From positions 175,656-239,655 of the forward strand of contig JAVYLK010000001.1 in assembly GCA_038740895.1 (NCBI GenBank): a DNA stretch of 64,000 bases. Direction: 5' to 3'. Shown piece after piece: positions 57,509 through 64,000 of this stretch (its first letter is position 1; each line of letters starts with the position of its first letter). The notes under the pieces were generated by a model. The model made no database searches. It was not told where the DNA came from and saw only the letters and a program-made list of their open reading frames with translations. The position numbers and the translations under genes were made by a program. The stretch comes from Candidatus Caldarchaeum sp. (lineage in GTDB: Archaea > Thermoproteota > Nitrososphaeria_A > Caldarchaeales > Caldarchaeaceae).

Positions 57509-57529
57509 TAAAACGTTAACAACTAAAAC

Positions 57530-57826
57530 ATGAAAAAGAGGCAAGAACATGTTGACGAGAAAATGCTCAAAACCGCCGTCAAACAAGCCATCAAGCAGCC
57601 TAGGCTAGCCTTCTACTCACCCCTCGCCAGCGGAATCTTGAACTACAGGAAAAGCGTAATACCACGGTACAGCATAAGCGACGAACTAGCCACCATAGTC
57701 GAGTCAGCCTTGAGCGAAAAATATCCAGCCCTCACCGCTAAGGCGAAGAAGCTGCTGACGAAGGCGAGGAAGTCTAGCCGACAGACTTCCGCCAGACAAC
57801 CCGGCAGAGAGGCTGAGAGCTCGTAA
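57530..57826 (+). CDS. hypothetical basic protein (98 aa)
   Basis: ORF starts 21 nt downstream of the right TIR. Lys/Arg-rich, no recognisable motif. Confidence 0.35.
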   Translation: MKKRQEHVDEKMLKTAVKQAIKQPRLAFYSPLASGILNYRKSVIPRYSISDELATIVESALSEKYPALTAKAKKLLTKARKSSRQTSARQPGREAESS

Positions 57827-58658
57827 GCCTTTCAGGCACCCTCAAAGGCGGATGATAATTCATAGACAGCCTCACCAACTCCAGAGCCCGGACCGCTGAT
57901 TCTTCAGCCGAGAGTCCTTGACAGGCGAGGGCGGTGAAAGCCCCGGTCAAAATGTCTCCTGCGCCCGTAGTGTCTGCGACTCTCTGGGGGTCGATGACCT
58001 GGATGAACATAACGCTGTCTCCATTCATCACGTAGAGGCCGTTCTCGACGCCCAAGAGACATTTTCCAACGCCATGTCGATGCATGAACCTAAGGGCCTC
58101 GTAGGGAGTGTTTTTCATCGATATGGCTTGAGCTTCTTCCTCCGAACAGTGAACAACCTCAGCATACTTCAGCAGGTTGGTGTTGTTGAGTGGTTTTAGG
58201 TAGATTTCGCCGCATTCACCAGACTCTCTCACAAACCCTTGAAGGTCTACGGTTAGGCGTTCCACACGCCTCCTGACAGCATCAAGATGCTCAAGCTCAA
58301 GCTCTTTGAAGACAGGTGAGATGATGACGGCGTCGGCGTCCAGCTCCTCCAGCTGCTCCAAAGATATTCTAGGGCCTTGGGAAACTAGCCTCAACCTTCT
58401 GCCAGACTCCGTGAACACAGGCTTAAAAGAATAGGTCCTCGCTCCCTTCACTGTCTTGACGCCTGACGTATCCAGCCCCGCCTCGATAATCTCTCTGAAA
58501 AAGTACTCTGGAAAGTCTTCGCCAACGGTCGAGATAAGGGAAACCCTGGCCCCGCATCTATGTGCTGCGATGCCTGCGTACCACGGGGGGCCTCCCACGA
58601 CAGGCTCGTCTCCTATCAAGTCTACGGTTAGTGCGCCGACGACGGATATTTTCATCAA
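57774..58658 (-). CDS. PfkB-family carbohydrate/nucleoside kinase (ribokinase-like)
   Basis: C-terminal PfkB signature VADTTGAGDILTGAF and N-terminal Gly-rich KISVVGALTVDLIG. 294 aa. Confidence 0.75.
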   Translation of the reverse strand: MMKISVVGALTVDLIGDEPVVGGPPWYAGIAAHRCGARVSLISTVGEDFPEYFFREIIEAGLDTSGVKTVKGARTYSFKPVFTESGRRLRLVSQGPRISLEQLEELDADAVIISPVFKELELEHLDAVRRRVERLTVDLQGFVRESGECGEIYLKPLNNTNLLKYAEVVHCSEEEAQAISMKNTPYEALRFMHRHGVGKCLLGVENGLYVMNGDSVMFIQVIDPQRVADTTGAGDILTGAFTALACQGLSAEESAVRALELVRLSMNYHPPLRVPERLTSSQPLCRVVWRKSVG

Positions 58659-58711
58659 TATAGGTGTTGATGGAAAAATTTAAGGGATGGGCTTAACAAG
58701 CTTGCTGAGGA

Positions 58712-59716
58712 TTGGCCCAAACGATTCCGTTGAAAGAAGTTGGAAAGCCTGTCAGGAAGGAGGTCAAGCTTGCCCAGAAATTTGAGCAGGCCGGCTACAG
58801 AGTTGTCGGCAGACACTCAGCGGTCAAAGTCTGCCACTGGACCAAGTCGGCCCTGAGGGGCGGTAAGCTCTGCTACAAGAGCTGGTACGGAATAGACAGC
58901 CATAGATGCATTCAGATGACCCCCTCCGTTCAGTACTGCAACATGATGTGCGTCTTCTGCTGGCGCTTCCACACTTTAAACAGGGTTCAGCCCTTCGACG
59001 GAGAATGGGACGACCCACGCCAGGTCCTCGACAAGGTGGTCGAAGAACACAAGCAGCTTCTTTCAGGCTTCGGCGGAAACCCTAAAGTCTCTAAGGTGAG
59101 GTTCGAGGAAGCCATGCAGCCGAAGCACATGGCGATATCGCTGGACGGCGAGCCCACTGTCTACCCCTACCTAGCTGAGTTGATTGCGGAAGCTACGCGT
59201 CGCGGCATGACGACTTTCCTAGTCAGCAACGGCACCATGCCGGAAAGGCTTGAGGAGCTTCTGGAGAAGGCTCAGCCAACTTCTCTGTACATAAGCCTGT
59301 ACGGGCCCGACAAGGAGACACACTTGCGGGCTAGCAAGCCCTTGATCCCGGACAGTTGGGAGAGGCTGCTTAAGTCTCTCGAGCTGATGGGCAGGTTTTC
59401 GTGCAGGAAGGTCATAAGGCTGACGCTCGTGAAGCACGTAAACATGCACTCGCCTGAAAAGTACTCTGAGCTGATTAAGACGGCCTCCCCCGACTTCGTC
59501 GAATGCAAGGGCTACACGCATGTGGGTGAGTCGCAGAAACGGCTCAAGAGAGAGAACATGCCTACTCTGGAGGATTTGAGGTTGTTCGCAGAGGAGCTGG
59601 GAAGGCTTCTTGCATACACCAAAGTAGTCGAGGACGATGTGAGCAGAGTAGTGCTGCTGGCGAACACTTCCTCCACTTACTACAAGCAGGTAGCTGAAAG
59701 GCTGGCTACAGCTTAG
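58712..59716 (+). CDS. taw1: radical-SAM tRNA 4-demethylwyosine synthase (TYW1/Taw1)
   Basis: Radical SAM CNMMCVFCWR (Cx3Cx2C), an upstream auxiliary Cys cluster (VKVCHWTKSALRGGKLCYKSWYGIDSHRC) and MAISLDGEPTVYPYL, as in archaeal Taw1. Confidence 0.7.
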   Translation: MAQTIPLKEVGKPVRKEVKLAQKFEQAGYRVVGRHSAVKVCHWTKSALRGGKLCYKSWYGIDSHRCIQMTPSVQYCNMMCVFCWRFHTLNRVQPFDGEWDDPRQVLDKVVEEHKQLLSGFGGNPKVSKVRFEEAMQPKHMAISLDGEPTVYPYLAELIAEATRRGMTTFLVSNGTMPERLEELLEKAQPTSLYISLYGPDKETHLRASKPLIPDSWERLLKSLELMGRFSCRKVIRLTLVKHVNMHSPEKYSELIKTASPDFVECKGYTHVGESQKRLKRENMPTLEDLRLFAEELGRLLAYTKVVEDDVSRVVLLANTSSTYYKQVAERLATA

Positions 59717-60185
59717 CCTCTAAGAGCCTTTTGTATGTCTGGTCCACCATCTCAGGGAGAACCCTCGTGTTGGAAAGCGTGGTCATGAAGTTCGTGTCTC
59801 CTCTCCAGCGTGGCACAACGTGGAAATGGATATGGTCCTCTATACCAGCGCCCGCATACCTGCCTATGTTAACCCCTATGTTGAAGGCCTCCGGGTTCAG
59901 AGCTTTCTTGACCAGTGCTACAGCCGTCTTCAGAAGCCTCATCACGTCAAGCATCTCGTCATCATCCATCTCCAGTATGCTCGAGATGTGGCGGTACGGG
60001 GAGACCATCAGATGACCGTTGTTGTATGGGTAGAGGTTCATGATGATAAGCGACTTGGCCCCGCGGTGGACAACGTACCTTGAGGCGTCGTCGGATGTTT
60101 TGGCCGCCTCGCAGAAGATACATTCGGCCGTGTCCTTAGCGGTCTTTATGTAACTCATCCTCCATGGCGCCCACAACCTGTCCAA
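59706..60185 (-). CDS. HIT-family hydrolase/nucleotidyltransferase (Ap4A-phosphorylase/Fhit-like)
   Basis: MDRLWAPWRMSYI start, CIFC, and histidine triad HIHFHVVPRW. Confidence 0.7.
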   Translation of the reverse strand: MDRLWAPWRMSYIKTAKDTAECIFCEAAKTSDDASRYVVHRGAKSLIIMNLYPYNNGHLMVSPYRHISSILEMDDDEMLDVMRLLKTAVALVKKALNPEAFNIGVNIGRYAGAGIEDHIHFHVVPRWRGDTNFMTTLSNTRVLPEMVDQTYKRLLEAKL

Positions 60186-60753
60186 ACTGTTTTTTGACGG
60201 AGTTACCTTGATATAAGGTGTAGCTTTCTAGGAAGCAAGTCCACTTGGGGCTCATCTTCCTGACTATGGCTGCACCGTTTAGAAGAGTTTCAGGAGCCCG
60301 TAGAAGGCCTGTTAGCTTGTCGACCGACAGGACGAAGACTCCCGACACAGGCTGGATGCTGTCGGAGTACAGAGCCATGATTACCGGTGCGAAGAAGACT
60401 AGGTTGTTTCCCGGATACAGGTCCCGGAGCCTGTCGGCCAAGGCCTCAGTCCTCTCAACTTCTTTCGCTACCGTGGTCTGAAGAACTTTCCCCTTCAGAG
60501 GCTTCCGCCACCTCTTGCATTCGACCACGATGCAGAGGCTCGTGGTCGCAGCTACAACGTCGATCTGCACTCTTCGCCTACCATTCATGAGGCGCACATC
60601 CCTCAAACACTTCATGCCCGCTTCCCTGCATGCTGAGGCAACAAACTCCTCCATCCCCCTCCAGTCAAGTCCTCTCACCACTTGCTCGGGGTCAGCTCCC
60701 GTCTCCACAGCTCTCAACGCCTTCCACACGTCGCCCGAGCCCATGTTCCTCAC
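60136..60753 (-). CDS. Mrr-cat/restriction-endonuclease-like PD-(D/E)xK domain protein
   Basis: WRGMEEFVASACREAGMKCLRDVRL...RRRVQIDVVAATTSLCIVVECKRWRKP fits the Mrr catalytic-domain pattern (D...(E)xK with IQCKRY-like ECKRW). The 3' end overlaps the HIT gene start by 50 nt. Confidence 0.5.
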   Translation of the reverse strand: MRNMGSGDVWKALRAVETGADPEQVVRGLDWRGMEEFVASACREAGMKCLRDVRLMNGRRRVQIDVVAATTSLCIVVECKRWRKPLKGKVLQTTVAKEVERTEALADRLRDLYPGNNLVFFAPVIMALYSDSIQPVSGVFVLSVDKLTGLLRAPETLLNGAAIVRKMSPKWTCFLESYTLYQGNSVKKQFGQVVGAMEDELHKDR

Positions 60754-60759
60754 CCCATT

Positions 60760-61514
60760 TCACCGGAACAGGTCCTCAGCCTCGTCCCTCACAACAGCCC
60801 TAGCCGGGACGCTAGTCCTGTCGTAAGCGTAGCCACGTATGACGGCGGCTGGGACGCCTTCGTCTCCCTCCCCCATAACCAGCTCGGCCGCCGAAGCAAG
60901 CTCGTCCGCTATTGCTATGACTTTTGAGACTAGAGTCCTGCCGAATAGGTCTTTCTCGCCTCTTCTGTCCCTCAAGGGGTTGATCCCGCTGCATCCTATG
61001 GCGACGTTTACTGCTCCTTTCCTGAAAGGCCGTCCGAAGGTGTCGCTCACGACGACTGCGACGTCGACGTCGGCCAGCCTCTTGATTTCTTTTCGGATCC
61101 TTTCGGCAGACTTGTCGGGGTCCTTGGGTAGAGTTATGACATATTCGGGCCCTCCTGAGTTGGATGCGTCTACTCCAGCGTTGGCGCAGATGAACCCGTG
61201 CTCGGTCTCGCAGACGATGACGCCACCCCCCATCCTGACGACCTTCCTACTGTTCCTGAGGACAATCTCCACGTGTCTTGGGTCTTTTCCCATTCTCTCG
61301 GCAATTTTCACGGCGAGTTCGGAAGGCTTGACCTCTGAAAGCTTGACCCTGCAGCCCTCGCTCCGGGAGATGATTGAATGAGCCACGACGACGACGTCGC
61401 CGTCGACTAGCCTCTCACCAGACCTTTTCAACGCTCCGAGAATAGCCTCGCCGACGCTGTGCCCCTCCTCTACAACGGGAATGCCTTTCACAGGTATTAT
61501 TTCGACCCGGTTCA
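60760..61514 (-). CDS. CofE-like protein (coenzyme F420-0:L-glutamate ligase family fold)
   Basis: VEIIPVKGIPVVEEGHSVGEAI...GDVVVVAHSIISRSEG...CANAGVDASNSGG...MGEGDEGVPAAVIRG aligns closely with the CofE family. Start placed at TTG about 61512-14 (MNRVEIIP); the track's ATG is 61605. Confidence 0.65.
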
Positions 61515-61525
61515 AATAAGGCTCC

Positions 61526-61825
61526 TCACAGCCCCAGCTTGTCCAGCTTCTTCCGAGCTCTTGCGACCGGAGTAGGGTGCATGTTGACAACCTGGACGTC
61601 CTCAACTGTCTTCCTTTTGACGAAAAGCCCGCACCTGCCGTCGGGCAGAAGCTTCATCTGGTTGCACTGGGCGTAGGGACATTGGTATCCTATGCAGGGA
61701 GCGTCAACCCAGTTGCACCACGGGGGGTCCCTCCTGTAGTCGAGGACTTTTTTAGCGCACCTGAAAAACCTGCAAAGCGGGTTGCATATTGGTGTTGGTT
61801 CTTTGCTCAAGGTCCAGTTAGCCAA
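61526..61825 (-). CDS. small Cys-rich protein (8 Cys, 99 aa), hypothetical metal-binding
   Basis: CNPLCRFFRC...PPWCNWVDAPCIGYQCPYAQC...GRCG. No ferredoxin-type CxxCxxCxxxCP spacing. Confidence 0.35.
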   Translation of the reverse strand: MANWTLSKEPTPICNPLCRFFRCAKKVLDYRRDPPWCNWVDAPCIGYQCPYAQCNQMKLLPDGRCGLFVKRKTVEDVQVVNMHPTPVARARKKLDKLGL

Positions 61826-61866
61826 TTCTGAACCCCACTTTAGCCCTTGTCCAGCATGGTTTTATA

Positions 61867-63564
61867 TTAACGTTGCCTAGCTAGCCGCAGCCTGTAAACG
61901 ACCATCAGCGACAAGACAGCGAGGACGATCGCTAGGAAAGCAGAGACAACAAGGTCCACGGAGACCAATCCCCCACCCACGTAGACGTAGGCCAAAAGCC
62001 TAACTTCCATACTGCCGGCGCCAGCCGCCAAAACCCTTTCCCTCGCCAGAAGCTCTCCGCCTCTGTAAACGTCGACCGTAAGCGTCGACGGCTTCTCAAC
62101 CACTAGGCTTATGGGCTGGCTCTCCGTCAGTCTGTCGACGACGACTTCGTCGTCAAGCTTGACAACAACCTTGAGGCCTTCGACGTATCCTCCTAGGGCG
62201 TCGACTATTCTCACAGTCATGGGGAAGTTGACGTTTGACAACCTGACTGTGAAAACTTCTCCAGATAGTTCGACGGATCGTTTGAAGACTTCTCTCTGCT
62301 GGTAAGTTATCTGGACTTCGTTGGACCCGGGGAAGACGTTCAGAAGGCTTGCGCCGTTGGCTGTTGTTGCGTTAGCCGACCGGCCTGTCTGCGGGTCTGT
62401 GATCATTACAACGGCTCCTGACACAGGGCTTCCTCCGGCGTCGTAGACGTTAACAGTGATTTGTTGAAACCTGAGATAAACATCCTTGACGGTTTCACGC
62501 TGGTCGACCGCAAGACTCTCGACCTGAATCCTCGTCCTACCCCTGAAAAGAGACAAGCTGTACTCGCCCGTTCTCGACGAAAGCGGAAGAACGCCAAATT
62601 CGTAGACGCCGTTTTCGTTGGTGACTCCGCTGGTGAAGTTTCCAAGCTCCCTAGTGCCGACGAGCATGCCCACACCCCTGACAGGTTTTCCCTCAGGGTC
62701 GAGAACCCTGACTGTAAGCTTGCCTACGTCGGCGGGGAGGAATATGCTTGCGTCAGACTGGAGTGTGAGGAACGATGAATGCACCACAACGTTTCTAGCC
62801 CCTAGCCTGATGAACAACGAGGCGTTGTACGCTCCTACCTCAGCGGAGGTCGGCAGGTTTATGACAGAAGCAAGACCACGCGACACCGACAGCGATTGGC
62901 TGAAGTTTCCAGCCCGTAGAGAGAGCTCAGCGTCGACCGGCGCCTCCTGCCCGTCTCGGAACACGACCGTGAAGTTGACGTTGACGAGGCCCGCTGTAAT
63001 TTCATGAAACACCCTTCCAGCAGCAACATCAACACTACTCCTCGCCACGACTGCATCCTGTTTCGAAACTCGGAGAGAGTACGCTCCGCCGATTCTGCCG
63101 AGCGTGGAGTAGGGAACGTCGGAGAAGAAAGCGTGGCCGGTTGAGTTTGTCCGCTGAGATACTGAGACGACGCCTGTTGGGGCGTTCAGCGTGACGATGA
63201 CGTTTTCCACGGCTCTGCCAGCCAAATCCGATACTTTTACAGATAGACGGCTGACTGGAGCCTGCAGCTCCAAGAATGTTGTCTCAGGATAGCTGATGCT
63301 CCTCCTCAAAAGCTCGATGTTCTGCAGCAGGAGAACCAGTTCGTAAGAGCCCGGAACTATCTGCCGGAAGACAGCGTGCCCGGAGGAGTTGGTTGCAGAT
63401 GTCTCCCTGAAGCCGGGGCCCTCCACGACAACCGTAAGGCCTGGCTTGGGTAGCCCGTCTGGGTCCACGACTCGGACGGTTAGCGTCTGTGGTTGTTCTT
63501 GAGCCTCCGCCGCCTGGATGAACGCCAGCATCAGAATCGTAAGTATTAAGGCCGTCGCCTTCAT
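61867..63564 (-). CDS. secreted, C-terminally anchored surface protein with repeated carboxypeptidase-regulatory-like/Ig-like beta domains
   Basis: Signal peptide MKATALILTILMLAFIQAAEA, about 5 repeated 80-100-aa Val/Thr/Ser-rich beta-rich modules (LTVRVVDPDGLPKPGLTVVV..., LTVRVLDPEGKPVRGVGMLV...), and a C-terminal TM plus basic tail. Confidence 0.6.
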   Translation of the reverse strand: MKATALILTILMLAFIQAAEAQEQPQTLTVRVVDPDGLPKPGLTVVVEGPGFRETSATNSSGHAVFRQIVPGSYELVLLLQNIELLRRSISYPETTFLELQAPVSRLSVKVSDLAGRAVENVIVTLNAPTGVVSVSQRTNSTGHAFFSDVPYSTLGRIGGAYSLRVSKQDAVVARSSVDVAAGRVFHEITAGLVNVNFTVVFRDGQEAPVDAELSLRAGNFSQSLSVSRGLASVINLPTSAEVGAYNASLFIRLGARNVVVHSSFLTLQSDASIFLPADVGKLTVRVLDPEGKPVRGVGMLVGTRELGNFTSGVTNENGVYEFGVLPLSSRTGEYSLSLFRGRTRIQVESLAVDQRETVKDVYLRFQQITVNVYDAGGSPVSGAVVMITDPQTGRSANATTANGASLLNVFPGSNEVQITYQQREVFKRSVELSGEVFTVRLSNVNFPMTVRIVDALGGYVEGLKVVVKLDDEVVVDRLTESQPISLVVEKPSTLTVDVYRGGELLARERVLAAGAGSMEVRLLAYVYVGGGLVSVDLVVSAFLAIVLAVLSLMVVYRLRLARQR

Positions 63565-63591
63565 CTTTATACCCGCTAAGCTCGCTGCGTT

Positions 63592-63996
63592 TTAAATATG
63601 TATGTGCGTCTGGCTCCTCAGGAAAGAGTCGGCTTGAAGCAGCGTGTCCTTAGCCGTCTTGAAAGTAAGCCTCTCGACCGCCTTGCCGACCGGAAGCCAC
63701 GTGAAGTCGAGGTGTTCGGGTGAAAGGACGATGGATTTTGTGAAGGCTCTGCCTAGGTAGAAGACGACCTCTTTCCTTACGAGCCTCCCCTCCTTCATGA
63801 ACATGTAGTTGATTGTTTTCCTGAAGCCTTGGATTATCTCGATCCGGTCGAGGCCCGTCTCCTCCCTCACCTCTCTCAGCACGGCGTCCATCTCCAACTC
63901 GTCCTTCTCTATGTGTCCCTTGGGAAAATCCCAGTGCCCCGCCCCGTACTTGAGCAGCAGGTACTCCACCCCCGCGTCCTCCGCGTAGAAGACCAC
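63592..63996 (-). CDS. NUDIX hydrolase (Ap4A-hydrolase-like)
   Basis: Nudix box GHIEKDELEMDAVLREVREETGL. 134 aa. Confidence 0.8.
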   Translation of the reverse strand: MVFYAEDAGVEYLLLKYGAGHWDFPKGHIEKDELEMDAVLREVREETGLDRIEIIQGFRKTINYMFMKEGRLVRKEVVFYLGRAFTKSIVLSPEHLDFTWLPVGKAVERLTFKTAKDTLLQADSFLRSQTHIHI

Positions 63997-64000
63997 GGCC

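Overview
Dense 64-kb chromosomal window from a GC-rich archaeon, Crenarchaeota/Thermoproteales-like by gene content. Markers include a Sulfolobus-type two-subunit 2-oxoacid:ferredoxin oxidoreductase, Hjc-family resolvase, class I LysRS, archaeal DtdA, G1P dehydrogenase, geranylgeranyl reductase, RadA, crenarchaeal SSB, ribosomal proteins S25e/S4/S11 and wyosine enzyme Taw1. I call about 80 protein genes and one tRNA-Glu(UUC). Many genes are joined by ATGA-type stop/start overlaps, and GTG/TTG starts are frequent. Most content is housekeeping: aaRS genes, isoprenoid/ether-lipid genes, Moco genes moaC/moaB/moaD/moaE, NAD salvage pncA-pncB, a stomatin-NfeD pair and central metabolism. I found no CRISPR array, integrase or transposase. 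Items worth a second look, in rough order of interest: (1) a 358-bp non-coding element with perfect 19-bp terminal inverted repeats and a TAAA direct duplication (MITE-like) between speH and a small ORF. (2) A minus-strand operon coupling an Rqc2/NEMF (NFACT) homolog with a CBS+Zn-ribbon protein, a Mut7-C PIN-like RNase and AMMECR1. (3) An operon of a 476-aa coiled-coil protein with C-terminal Cys4 ribbon, a small wHTH protein, an Hjc-like PD-(D/E)xK nuclease and an Lrp regulator. (4) A DNA/RNA methyltransferase (SPPY motif) whose N-terminus is split by a frameshift in a T6 tract. (5) A convergent pair of HTH+Cys4 regulators, one ThiR-like. Coordinates are from the ORF track and my reading of the sequence; hand-counted positions may be off by 1-2 nt.
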